NCBI GenBank assembly: GCA_963734535.1
Contig: CAVTHS010000011.1
Span: forward strand, 146,894-210,893
DNA: 64,000 nucleotides
Direction of reading: 5' to 3'
From: an uncultured Chloroflexia bacterium
GTDB taxonomy: Bacteria > Chloroflexota > Limnocylindria > Limnocylindrales > CSP1-4
Shown: one piece after another, positions 50,960-61,679 of the stretch
How the letters are laid out: every line of letters begins with the position of its first letter
Numbering within the stretch: the stretch's first letter is position 1
The notes under the pieces: generated by a model
What the model was told of the DNA's origin: nothing
The model's database searches: none
Seen by the model: only the letters and a program-made list of their open reading frames with translations
Position numbers and translations under genes: made by a program

Positions 50960-51945
50960 GCCGCCCCCTCGACCGCCATCACGGCCTCCGGCAGTGCCCG
51001 GCCACCGGGGAGCTCAAGGAGGCCGAGCGAGCGGAGCAGGTGCGCCAGTCGCTCACGGGCGTCGTCGTCGAGCGGAAGGAGCGGCCGCCGGACTGCGTCG
51101 GTGGCGAGCCCCATGAGGGCGAGCGCCGCCTTGACCGGGACCGGGTTCGGGGCGCCCCGGAAGTTGGCCAGCATGAGCGGCAGCCACCGCTCGTGGATCC
51201 GCCGGGCATGCTCCCAGTCGCCGGCCCCGGCGGCCGCGCACAGCGCGGCCATCTCGCCGGGGATCTCGTTCGAGGCGACCGAGATGACGCCGTTCCCGCC
51301 CAGCGCGAGGATCGGCAGGGTCCAGGCGTCGTCGCCGGCCAGGACGGCCACGTCCCGCGGCCGCTCGCGGCAGATCCGCGCGATCTGCTCGAGGTTCCCG
51401 GAGGCCTCCTTGACGGCCACGATCCGCGGGTGCGCGGCCAGCCGCAGGAACGTGTCCGCCTCCACGTTCGTGCCGGTCCGCGACGGGACGTTGTAGACGA
51501 CCACGGGCAGCCCGCCCTCGTCGGCGACGGCCCGGAAGTGGCTCTCCAGCATCCGCTGGTCCGGACGGTTGTAGTACGGGGCCACGACGAGGGCCGCGTC
51601 CGCGCCGAGCTCGGCGGCTCGCCGGGTTGCGCGGATCGTCGCGTCCGTGTCGTTCGTGCCGGTGCCGGCGACGATCGTCACGCGCCGGCGCGACGGGCGT
51701 GAGGCCGCCACCTCGACGGTGATCGCGATCAGGCGCTCGCGTTCCGCCTGGCTGAGGGTCGGGGCCTCGCCGGTGGTCCCGCACGGGACGAGGCCGTCGA
51801 TCCCGGAGAGGACCTGCCAGCTGACGAGGCGACGGAAGGCGTTCTCGTCGAGCGCGCCGTCCGGCGTGAACGGCGTGACGAGGGCGGTGAATGCGCCACG
51901 GAGGGCTGGGCGGGCGCGGCCGGGGGAGCGGGCGATGGGGGTCAT
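50956..51945 (-). CDS. dapA: 4-hydroxy-tetrahydrodipicolinate synthase
   Basis: ALVTPF, CGTTGE, PYYN, YNVPSRTG, KEASG, GDD and NPVPVK. Confidence 0.95.
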   Translation of the reverse strand: MTPIARSPGRARPALRGAFTALVTPFTPDGALDENAFRRLVSWQVLSGIDGLVPCGTTGEAPTLSQAERERLIAITVEVAASRPSRRRVTIVAGTGTNDTDATIRATRRAAELGADAALVVAPYYNRPDQRMLESHFRAVADEGGLPVVVYNVPSRTGTNVEADTFLRLAAHPRIVAVKEASGNLEQIARICRERPRDVAVLAGDDAWTLPILALGGNGVISVASNEIPGEMAALCAAAGAGDWEHARRIHERWLPLMLANFRGAPNPVPVKAALALMGLATDAVRRPLLPLDDDARERLAHLLRSLGLLELPGGRALPEAVMAVEGAA

Positions 51946-52013
51946 CGGTGGGTTCCTTTCGAAGGGTCGCGGGGAGGGGAGTCGGCGCGGTCGGGGTCGA
52001 CCGGGTCGCGGCG

Positions 52014-52776
52014 TCAGCTGGCAGCGGTCACCTCCATGCCGCTCGTCGACCTCGAGGACGGCCTCGAACGGGTGGAGGCCTGCCGATCGGGGCTCGGCGA
52101 GGAGCCAGTCGACGGCCGCAGCGACGCCCGAGGCGCAGGCGCCCCGGTCGCGGGCGGTCAGCGTCAGCTCGATCGTCTCGCCGGGGCCGTCGAAGCCCAC
52201 GAGGTGCCGGCCCGGGTTCGTGCCCGCCCGCACCCCGACGACCTCGAGGGTTCCCGTCTCGGCGGGACCGTCGGCCGGGGTGGAGACGCGATCGCGCGCG
52301 GGGTCGACCGCGAGGATGCGCCGTGCGAGGTCGCGAGCCGTGCCCGACGGACGGTCGGCCTTCCCGTGCCGGTGCCACTCGACGATGTACGGCTCGTAGC
52401 CCGGGAGTCGCGCCGTGAGCCGTGCGGCCATCTCCGCGAGCTGCGCGAAGACGAGCGCGCCCGGGCTGAAGTTGGACGCGGCGACCGCGGACGCGCCGCG
52501 CGCGCGCAGCAGCTCTGCGACGGCGCGCCGGTCGGCTTCCCAGGCCGTGGTGGCGATCGCGAACCGACGGACGCCGCCCTCGACGGCGGCCGCGACGTTG
52601 CCGAGGACCGAATCGCCGCGCGACGCGTCGACGACGACGTCCACTCCCGCGAAGGCGGCGGGGTCGTGCCCGCCCGCCGCCGGGCGACCGGCGAGCCGGA
52701 CGGCCATGCCGCGTGCCCCGAGGGCGTCGGCGACCGCCCGTCCGAACGGGCCATCGCCCAGGATCAGTGTCTGCAT
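52014..52776 (-). CDS. dapB: 4-hydroxy-tetrahydrodipicolinate reductase (indel near 3' end fuses it to dapA in the ORF track)
   Basis: ATT, ASNFS, EWHRHGKADRPSGTA, RAG..PGRH and ARDR. Confidence 0.85.
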
Positions 52777-52847
52777 CGTGGTGTCCTCCGCGTCTGTTGC
52801 CATCACGCGGGTCCGCCGGGGAGAGAGGGTCGGTTCGCCGTCGGGCG

Positions 52848-52883
52848 AATTAAGAAGCCGCGGTCACCATCGGTGTCCGCGGC
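52848..52883 (-). terminator. Intrinsic terminator/attenuator hairpin in the dap operon leader
   Basis: Minus strand GCCGCGG-A-CACC-GAT-GGTG-A-CCGCGGC followed by TTCTTAATT. Confidence 0.75.
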
Positions 52884-52934
52884 CCTCGGAGCCTCCGTTC
52901 CCTGGAGACCCCCGGTCGTCGTCTGCGCGCGCCG

Positions 52935-53012
52935 TCAGAGCCCCAGGGCCCGTGCCTCCCGGCAGGGCCGCCAGGGCTTCTTCGCCTCGTTCGAGACAAG
53001 ATGCCGGCGCAT
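52935..53012 (-). CDS. Putative lysine-sensing leader peptide MRRHLVSNEAKKPWRPCREARALGL
   Basis: ATG 7 nt after TATGGT; tandem AAG AAG codons; followed by a terminator and then dapB. Confidence 0.65.
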   Translation of the reverse strand: MRRHLVSNEAKKPWRPCREARALGL

Positions 53013-53138
53013 GGCGCGGACCATACCCTGTCCCGGCCGTTCGGCGCAACCATTTGTCCGCACCACCTCTCCTGGCGTTGCGGGCGCTGAAGCCGGGCAC
53101 ACCGGCCGGCCGTGTGCCGGGTATCGTCTACGCCGCGT

Positions 53139-53213
53139 GGGCCCGTAGCTCAGCGGCAGAGCGAGGGACTTTTAATCCCTGCGTCCTGGGTTCGAATCCC
53201 AGCGGGCTCACCA
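53139..53213 (+). tRNA. tRNA-Lys (anticodon TTT)
   Basis: Acceptor GGGCCCG/CGGGCTC-ACCA, D arm GCTC..GAGC, anticodon arm AGGGA-CTTTTAA-TCCCT, T loop GGTTCGAATCC. Confidence 0.97.
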
Positions 53214-53360
53214 GGATTTCGTGCTCCGGATGGCCGCTACCCTGACCGGCAAGAGGCCGCGGGTGCCCACGTTGCACTGGGTCGTGATGCGCATCGACTT
53301 CGAAGCCAATGACCGTCCACCGGACCGCCAGCCCTCCACGAAACCGCGAAGGAGACGCCC

Positions 53361-54092
53361 ATGCGTGCACCGATCATCCTGGTCCCCGGGTTCTGGCTCG
53401 GCGCGTGGGCGTGGGACGAGGTGGCCGAGAAGCTCCGCGCTGACGGCCATGACGTGACCGCGCTGACGCTGCCCGGTCTCGAGTCTGCCGACGCCGACCG
53501 CTCCTCGATCCATTTCGCCGACCACGTCGAAGCGATTGTCCGGGCGATCGAGGCGGCCGACGCTCCGGTCGTCCTCGCGGTCCACAGTGCCGCCGGCTAC
53601 TCGGGCTATGCGGCGAGTGACCGCGCGCCCGAACGGATCGCCGCGATGGTCTACGTCGATACCGCGCCCGGGAAGCCGCCGCTCGACCCCGACTTCGCCG
53701 ACGTCGAGAAGCCGCTCGTCTGGGGGGACCTCGCGGCCGAGGAGAACCTGGACGGCCTGTCCGAAGCGCAGCTGGCTGCGTTCCGCGAGCGGGCAGTCCC
53801 CGTCCCCGGTGCCCTGCTGCGCGAGGGCTACGAGTTCACGAATGACGCTCGCCTGGACATCCCCTCGACGATCATCGCGACGGGGTACTCGGCGGCCGAT
53901 TACCAGACGTACGCGACGGAGCACCCGGAGTGGTTGTTCCTCGCGGGGATCCCCGAGCTCCACGACATCAGCTGGATCGACCTGCCGACGAGCCACTGGC
54001 CGATGTGGTCGCGCCCGGCCGAGGTCGCCACGATCATCGGAGACGTTGCGACGAAGGCCGGCTCGGCGGATGCGGCCGGGGCGTCGCGATGA
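53361..54092 (+). CDS. Alpha/beta hydrolase
   Basis: LVPGFWLGAWAW, nucleophile elbow VHSAAG, and TSHWPMWS. Confidence 0.88.
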   Translation: MRAPIILVPGFWLGAWAWDEVAEKLRADGHDVTALTLPGLESADADRSSIHFADHVEAIVRAIEAADAPVVLAVHSAAGYSGYAASDRAPERIAAMVYVDTAPGKPPLDPDFADVEKPLVWGDLAAEENLDGLSEAQLAAFRERAVPVPGALLREGYEFTNDARLDIPSTIIATGYSAADYQTYATEHPEWLFLAGIPELHDISWIDLPTSHWPMWSRPAEVATIIGDVATKAGSADAAGASR

Positions 54093-54586
54093 CCTCGCTC
54101 CTTGACGATCCATTTGCCCACCACATCTGGGCGACGGAACGACTCATCGACGCCTGCGCCACCCTCACCCGCGAGCAGCTGGGCACCTCCACGCCCGGGA
54201 CCTACGGCCCGATCATGGCGACGCTCGCGCACCTGGTCTCGAGCGACGGCTGGTATCTCTCGTTCTTCCGCGAGCAGCCCGCGCCGATCGACGAGGAGTC
54301 GGACGTGACCCTCGCCGACCTGCGGGCGGCGATCGCGGCCAACGGCGCCGTCTGGCGCGACATCCTGGCCGGCGCCCCCGACCCTGAGGCCGATCTCCTC
54401 GAGCGCGGCGATGGGTGGGAGTTCCACCAGCCGGCCGGCCTGCGCCTTGCCCAGGCGATCCATCACGGCACCGATCACCGAAGCCAGGTCTGCACGGCGC
54501 TGACGAGTCATGGCATCGAGCCGCCCGGGATCGACCTGTGGGCCTACGGCGAGGCGACCGGCCGCACGAGGGCGATCGAGGCGTGA
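54089..54586 (+). CDS. DinB family protein
   Basis: HHIWAT, TLAHLV and HHGTDHRSQ His triad. Confidence 0.85.
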   Translation: MTSLLDDPFAHHIWATERLIDACATLTREQLGTSTPGTYGPIMATLAHLVSSDGWYLSFFREQPAPIDEESDVTLADLRAAIAANGAVWRDILAGAPDPEADLLERGDGWEFHQPAGLRLAQAIHHGTDHRSQVCTALTSHGIEPPGIDLWAYGEATGRTRAIEA

Positions 54587-55098
54587 CGATCCGCCTCTTC
54601 TACGACCGCTGGCCGCAGTACGAGCGGCGTCTCGTCGAGTCGATGAAGGACCTCACGCGCGAGCAGCTGGCGCTCCGGGCCGCCCCGGAGCACTGGCCCG
54701 TCTGGGCGATCGCCAGCCACGTGGCCGGCACGCGCGTCTACTGGCTCTGCCACGTCCTGGGCGAGCCCGGTGCCGACGCCACGCCGTTCGCCGACAAGGA
54801 CGGCGACGGCTGGGAGGACAACCCCGATCACCCGAGGAGCGCGGCGGAGGTCGTCGGTGCGCTCGAAGCCACGTTTGCGATTATCGACGCTGCCCTCGAC
54901 CGCTGGACGCCCGAGATGATGTCGGACACCGTGGAACGGTCGTACCGGGATGTGCTCCAGGTCCATTCCCGGACGTCGATCCTCCAGCGCCTCCTGACGC
55001 ACGAGGCCTACCACGGCGGCGAGCTGGCCATCGCCCTCGGCAGTCACCAGCTGGATCCGACGTACATCTGGCGCGCGGACGACCCGCTCCAGTCCTGA
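54583..55098 (+). CDS. DinB family protein
   Basis: WAIASHVAG and HEAYHGGE; GTGA overlap with the upstream gene. Confidence 0.85.
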   Translation: MTIRLFYDRWPQYERRLVESMKDLTREQLALRAAPEHWPVWAIASHVAGTRVYWLCHVLGEPGADATPFADKDGDGWEDNPDHPRSAAEVVGALEATFAIIDAALDRWTPEMMSDTVERSYRDVLQVHSRTSILQRLLTHEAYHGGELAIALGSHQLDPTYIWRADDPLQS

Positions 55099-55256
55099 CG
55101 GCGCAGCGCGACGAGTGGCAGGACGGAACACGCCCGACCACGGGCTCAGCGTGGCGCGGTGGCCCGCCCGGTCGTCGCCTCCTGTTCTCCGTGCATGCTC
55201 CGGCAGCCGGATTCCGGTACCCTCCCGCAAGTCACGGCGGGGAGGGTCAGATTCGG

Positions 55257-58200
55257 GTGGCGTGTTCGAGGTGCGGCGCCGAGAACAGGGTGGGGCGCAG
55301 GTTCTGCGCGGAGTGCGGAGCCAGCCTCGCATCGGCATGCCCTGCCTGCGGCGCGGCCAACGAACCCGGCGAGAAGTTCTGCGGTCAATGCGGCTCGGTC
55401 CTGCCGGACTCGACCGCGCCCGGAGCCAGCCAGTCGCGTGGGACGCCGACATCCTCCGGATCGCTGCCAACCGCGGAGCGCCGCCTCGTCTCCGTGCTGT
55501 TCGCGGACCTGGTCGGCTTCACGCCGTTCGCCGAGGAGCGCGACAGCGAGGAGGTCCGCGACACCCTGACCCGCTACTTCGACCTCGCCAGCGACGTCAT
55601 CACGCGCTATGGCGGAACGGTCGAGAAGTTCATCGGTGACGCGGTCATGGCCGTGTGGGGCGCCCCTGTCGCACGGGAGGACGATGCCGAGCGGGCGGTC
55701 CGGGCCGGGCTCGACCTCGTCGACGCGGTCCGCTCGCTCGGCCCCTCGATCGAGGCACGAGCGGGGGTGCTCACCGGCGAGGCCGCGGTCACCTTGGGCG
55801 CGACCAACCAGGGCATGGTCGCGGGCGACCTCGTCAACACGGCCAGCCGGCTGCAGTCGGTCGCCCAGCCTGGCACCGTCCTCGTCGGGGAAGCGACCCA
55901 TCGGGCAGCGAGCCGCGCGATCGCCTTCGAGCAGGTGGGCGGACAGCTCCTCAAGGGCAAGACCAGTCCCGTGCCGGCCTGGCGCGCGCTCCGGGTGGTC
56001 GCCGAGGTCGGCGGACGCAACCGGTCCGAGACGCTCGAGGCTCCGTTCGTGGGCAGGGACGAGGAGTTCCGGCTCCTCAAGGACCTCTTTCACGCGACAG
56101 GGCGTGAGAAGCGTGCGCGCCTGATTTCCATCATCGGTCCCGGCGGGATCGGTAAGTCACGACTGTCCTGGGAGTTCAGCAAGTACACCGACGGCCTCAT
56201 GGAGACGACGTACTGGCACGTCGGCCGCTCGCCGGCCTATGGGGAGGGGATCACCTTCTGGGCCCTCGGCGAGATGGTCCGGCGCCGGGTGGGGCTGGCC
56301 GAGACGGACGACGAGCCCACGACGCGGGCCAAGGTGGCCGAGACGTTGGCCACCTGGGTCCCCGACGAGGACGAGCGGCGCTGGATCGAGCCGGCGCTCC
56401 TGGCGCTGCTCGGGATCGAGCGCGGGCGCGGCTCCGAACAGCTCTTCAGCGCCTGGAGAACGTTCTTCGAGCGACTGGCGGCGAAGGGTACCGTCACCCT
56501 CGTCTTCGAGGACCTCCACTGGGCGGACGCTGGCACGCTCGACTTCATCGACCACCTCCTGGAGTGGAGCAGGAACGTCCCGATCTACGTCCTCACCCTC
56601 GCCCGTCCCGAGCTCGTCGAGAAGCGCCCGGCCTGGGGCGCCGGGAAGCGCAACTTCATCTCGCTCTACCTCGAGCCGCTTCCGGAGGCCGCGATCCGCG
56701 AGCTTCTGGTGGGCCTCGTGCCGGGCCTGCCCGAGACCGTGGTCCGGGCGATCGTCGCCCGCGCCGACGGGATCCCGCTCTACGCGGTCGAGACCGTCCG
56801 GATGCTCGTCGCCGATGGTCGGCTCGAACAGCGCGACGGGAGCTACGTCCCGATCGGGGACCTGCAGACCCTCGCGGTCCCCGAAACGCTCACCGCGCTG
56901 ATCGCCTCCCGGCTCGACGCGCTCGCGCCGGAGGACCGCGCCCTCGTGCAGGACGCGGCCGTCGTCGGCCAGAGCTTCACCCTTGCGGGCGTCGCTGCCG
57001 TGTCGGGCATCACGGAGGCCGCCCTCGAGCCTCGCATGCGAGGCCTCGTCCAGCGCGAGCTCCTGGCGCTCGACGCGGACCCGCGGAGCCCGGAGCGGGG
57101 TCAGTACGCGTTCGTCCAGGCGCTCATCCGCGAGGTCGCGTACAACACCCTCGCGAAGCCCGACCGCAAGGTCCGCCACCTCGCGGCGGCGCGGTTCTTC
57201 GAGGCGCTCGGCTCGGATGAGCTGGCCGGGGCGCTCGCGAGCCACTATCTCGCCGCCCACCTGAACGCGCCCGACGGCGCGGAACGCGACGCGCTCGCCG
57301 GCCAGGCACGGATCGCCCTCAGGAGCGCGGCCGAGCGGGCCGCCGCCCTCGGCGCCCACGAGCAGGCCGTGGCCTTCCTCGAGCAGGCCCTGACCGTCAC
57401 GTCGCGCGCGGCCGACCAGGCCGAGCTCCTCGAGCGGGCCGGGATCTCCGCGATGAACGCCGGGCACACCAGCCAGGCCGACTCGCTCCTTCGCCGGGCG
57501 CTCGCCCTGCATCGCGAGCGCGGCGACCGGCCGGCCGCTGCCGCCGCTGCCGCCTCGCTCGGCTGGACCCTGATCCACGGGCGCCGGCTCGACGATGCGC
57601 TCGCCCTGCTGGTCCCCGCCGCCGAGGAGTACGGCGACCTGTTCCCGGATCCAGCCGCCGTCTCGCTCGAGGGTCAGCTCGCGCGTGCGTACTTCCTGCA
57701 CGAGGAGCCGCGCCGCTCGCTCGACGTGGCGGAGCGCGTGCTCGATGCCGCGGAGCATGCGGACCTGCTCGACGTGCTCGCCGACACCCTCGTCACGAAG
57801 GGAACCGCGCTCGGCAACCTGGGCCGTCTGCGCGAGGGGATCGGTGTCATCGAGATCGGCGAGAGGATCGCCAGTGCACACGACCTCACGGTCACGCTCG
57901 TGCGCGCCCTCAACAACCGCTCGGCGATGCTCCGGGATATCGACCGCAGAGGGGCAGCCGAGGCCGCCCGCGATGGCCTGGCGCTCGCTCGCCGGATCGG
58001 GTCGCGCCCCGGGATGTACTCGTGCCTCACCGGCGTCGGCGACTATGAGCTCGCCTGCCTCGGCGACGCCGATGCGGCGCTGGCGACGTTCGAGAGTGGG
58101 CTGGGGGACGAGACGGACTCCGGCGATCGGCTCCAGCTCCTGAGCGGCGTGTTCCTCGTCCGGGCCATCCGGGGCGAGGACGTCTCGGCCATCCTCCGCG

Positions 58201-58809
58201 AGATGGAGGGCCTGGCGTCGACGGTGTCCGATCCGCGCTTCGGGGGGTCCCCGGAGCGGGCCATGCTCGCCCTCCTCGATGGCCGGTACGGCACCGCCCG
58301 CGACGGATGGCGGGCCGCCGTGACGAGCCTCGAGCATGCCGTCGAGAACCATGCATGGGCTGCCCGCGCGGCGCTCCGGGCCGGAGATGCGCTGGAAGCT
58401 CGGGCGGATCTCGCGGCGATCGTGGCGACCGGCCTTCACGCGCCCGTCATCGACCTCCACCGGCAGGTGGTCGAGGCCGGAAATCGCCGCCGTCGACGGT
58501 CAAACCGAGGATGCGCTGGTCCACTACGGCGAGGCGCTTCGCGGCTGGGCCGACCTCGGCATCAGCTGGGAAGAAGGGATGACCGGGCTGGACATGACGG
58601 CCCTTCTCGACCCGACGATCCCGAGAGTCCGCGCGGCCGCCGAACGGGCCCGGGCGATCTTCGCGGGGCTGCGGGCGACGCGGCTGCTCGAGCTGCTCGA
58701 CGAGGCTACCGGGCGCACGAGCTCGCCCGAAGCGTCATCGACCGGTGCTCCCTCCCAGGCTGACGGCGCGTCCTCCCGTGCCGAGCGCGCGATTCGCCGC
58801 CCGTCCTGA
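55257..58809 (+). CDS. Double zinc ribbon, class III adenylate/guanylate cyclase, STAND ATPase, TPR protein (frameshift near 58480)
   Basis: Four CxxC pairs; ERRLVSVLFADLVGFT, KFIGDAV, VNTASRLQ, GPGGIGKSR, FEDLHWAD and helical repeats. Confidence 0.9.
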
Positions 58810-58916
58810 CGCGGACGGGCCGGGCGTACCGCGGCCGCGGTTTCTCGACCGCGATGGCGGCCAGCTCGGCGTACCGACGGCCACATAGCAGCCCCTTCGG
58901 CCCGGCAGCGCGCCCG

Positions 58917-59562
58917 CTATCCCGGTCTGGCGGCGCTGAGCACGAACGCCGCGACCCGGTCCAGCACGTCGTCGAGGACCGCGGCCAGCCCGTGGCCCTG
59001 GCGCGGGTACGTGACGAGCTCCGCGTGCGGGAGCCGCTCGGCCACCGCCCGCTGGAGCAGAGCTGGCTGGGCGAACGGGTCCGATGTCCCGGACAGCAGG
59101 ATCACCGGGCAGGTGAGCCGCGGCCAGTGCGCCGTCCGTGCGTCCCAGTCGTCCGGGCGTCCCGGAGGGTGGAGCGGGTAGGAGAGCAGGACCAGCGCGA
59201 GGGGTGGCCGGCCCGCGTCGCACGCATCCGCGGCCGCGAGGCTCGCGACACGCCCGCCGAACGAGTGGCCGCCGACGGCGATCTCCGGCCCTGCCGCGAC
59301 TGGAGCCCCCGCCGCGGGCCGAGGCCCGGCGGCAACGTCTCGCTCGCCGGCCGCGTGCCCCCGTCCGGCACCCGCGCGGCCGCCGGCCATGAGCGCTGCG
59401 AACAGCGGGACGGCGCGTTCGGCGCGCCCTTTCGGGAGGTCGATCGCGCGGGCGTCGATCCCGCGGGCACGGAGGCCCGCGACGTGCGGCGCCATCGTCG
59501 CTGCCGACCCGGATGCCCCGTGGCCGAGGACGACGATCGGGGCGCCCCGGACTGGTCTGCAT
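58917..59562 (-). CDS. Alpha/beta hydrolase (KANL3/Tex30-like; indel near start)
   Basis: LGHGASG, GGHSFGGR, LSYPLHPPG, SGTSDPF and GHGL; ATG 7 nt after TATCGT. Confidence 0.82.
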
Positions 59563-59599
59563 GCCCGGCACGATAGCGCGCCGGGCCAACGAGGGTCCC

Positions 59600-61679
59600 T
59601 CAGACCGCCTGGTCGAGCGCCTCGACGAACTGGCTGTTGTAGAGGTCGGCGTAGAAGCCGTTGCTGCGCCAGCAGCTCCTCGTGCGTGCCCTGCTCGATG
59701 ATCCGGCCGTGGTTCATGACGAGGATCGTGTCGGCGTCGCGGATCGTCGAGAGGCGGTGGGCGATCACGAAGCTCGTGCGGCCCTTCATGAGCTTGGCCA
59801 TCGCGCGCTGGATGAGGACCTCGGTCCGGGTGTCCACCGAGCTCGTCGCCTCGTCCAGGATCAGGATCGGCGGGTCGATCAGGAACGCCCGCGCGATCGT
59901 GATGAGCTGCCGCTCGCCCTGGGAGACGTTCGAGGCCTCGTCGTCGAGGACGGTGTCGTAGCCGGCGGCGAGGGTTCGCACGAAGTGGTCCACGTGGGCC
60001 GCCCGGGCGGCGTCGAGGATCGCCTCCTCGCTGACGTCGTCCATGCCGTAGGCGATGTTCTCGCGGATCGTGCCCTTGAAGAGCCAGGCGTCCTGGAGGA
60101 CCATCCCGAACGTCCGCCGGAGGTCGTCGCGCGTCACCTCGCGGGTGTCGATCCCGTCGACCGTGATCCGGCCGCCGTCGATCTCGTAGAAGCGCATCAG
60201 CAGGTTCACGAGCGTCGTCTTGCCGGCACCGGTCGGGCCGACGATCGCGACCGTCTGGCCCGGGTTCACGACCAGGTTCAGGTCCTCGATGAGCGGCGTC
60301 TCGGGCTCGTAGCGGAACGAGACGTCGTCGAGCACGACGCGCCCGACGGCATCGTGGAGCGGCCGCGGGGTCGCGGTGTCCGGGGCCTCCTCGGCCTCGT
60401 CGAGCAGCTCGAAGACGCGCTCGGCCGACGCGACCGCCGACTGCAGCACGTTCATGATGCTGGCCGCCTGCACGATCGGCATCGTGAACTGGCGCGTGTA
60501 CTGGATGAAGGCCTGGACGTCGCCGAGCGACATCTGGCCGTTCGCCACGCGCACGCCGCCGATGACGCAGATCGCCACGTAGTTGAGGTTGGCGATGAAG
60601 TTCATCGAGGGCTGGATGATCCCCGAGATGAACTGCGCGCGGTAGCTCGCCAGGAACAGCCGCTGGTTCTCCCGGTCGAAGGTCTCGAGCGCCTCGTCGC
60701 GGTGGCCGAAGACCTTCACGATGTTGTGCCCCGTGTGCATCTCCTCGACGTGCCCGTTGAGCGCGCCGGTGGACTCCCACTGGGCGGCGAACTGCTTCTG
60801 CGAGCGCCGCGCGATGAGGATCGTCATCACGATCGAGAGCGGGATGGTCAGCAGCGCGATCACGGCCAGGAGCGGGCTGATCCAGAACATCATGATCAGC
60901 ACGCCGATGATCGTGAAGAGCGACGTGATGAGCTGGGTCAGGCTCTGCTGGAGCGTCTGGGAGATGTTGTCGATGTCGTTCGTGACGCGGCTCAGGATGT
61001 CGCCCCGCGAGTGGCTGTCGAAGTAGCGCAGCGGCAGGCGCGCGAGCTTCTCGTCGACCTGCCGGCGCATCCGGTAGACGGTCCGCTGGGTGGCGCCGGC
61101 CATGATGTACGACTGGGCCCAGCTGAAGAGCGAGCTCAGCAGGTAGATGCCGATCAGCACGAGGAGGATGTTCCCCAGGGCCCCGAAGTCGACCCCGGCG
61201 CCCGGCTTGACGTTCATGCTCGCGAGCATGTCCGCGAGCTGGGTCTGGCCCTGGGCGCGGAGCCCCGCCACCGCCTGCTCCGCGGTGACGCCGGCGGGAA
61301 TCTGCTTGCCGACCACGCCCTCGAACAGGATGTTCGTGGCGTTCCCGAGGATCTTCGGCCCGACCACGGCGAACGCCACGCTGACGATCGCGAGGAGCAT
61401 CACGAGGACGATCTGGCGGGCCTCGGGGCGCAGCTCGCCGAGCAGGCGCCGGAACGATCCGCGGAAGTCCTTCGACTTCTCGGCCGACATCATCATGCCC
61501 ATGTGCGCGCCGGGCCCGCCGCCGAAGCCGCCGCGTCGCATCGGCGGGCGCCCCGGGCCGTCAGCGCCGGCAGCGCCGCCGGGACGCGCCCGGCCGCCAG
61601 CGGCAGCGCCTGCCGGGCCACCGGCGCCGCCCGGCGCACCACCGCCCGGGTGCCCGCCCGTGCCCGGCCGCCCGCTCAT
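59600..61679 (-). CDS. ABC exporter subunit (TMD plus NBD; indel near 3' end)
   Basis: GDILSRVTND, GPTGAGKT, VSQGERQ, DEATS and AHRLST; true end ..FYADLYNSQF..QAV*. Confidence 0.92.

Noticed and set aside
50956-52806. DapB-DapA fusion
   Set aside because: The linker is non-protein-like, an out-of-frame stop lies at 52014, and dapA has its own AAAGGA SD.
52790-53030. Lysine riboswitch or T-box upstream of dapB
   Set aside because: I could not find the lysine aptamer core or a T-box motif; a leader ORF plus terminator fits better.
53213-58809. Genomic island integrated at tRNA-Lys
   Set aside because: No integrase, no duplicated tRNA 3' end seen, and no clear composition shift.
20598-59700. 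Numerous frameshifted genes (thiL, thiE, lysA, Rieske, transposase, cyclases) as pseudogenes or programmed frameshifts
   Set aside because: Single-base indels are scattered through conserved genes with intact motifs and no in-frame stops, which fits long-read consensus error. Raw reads are needed to be certain.
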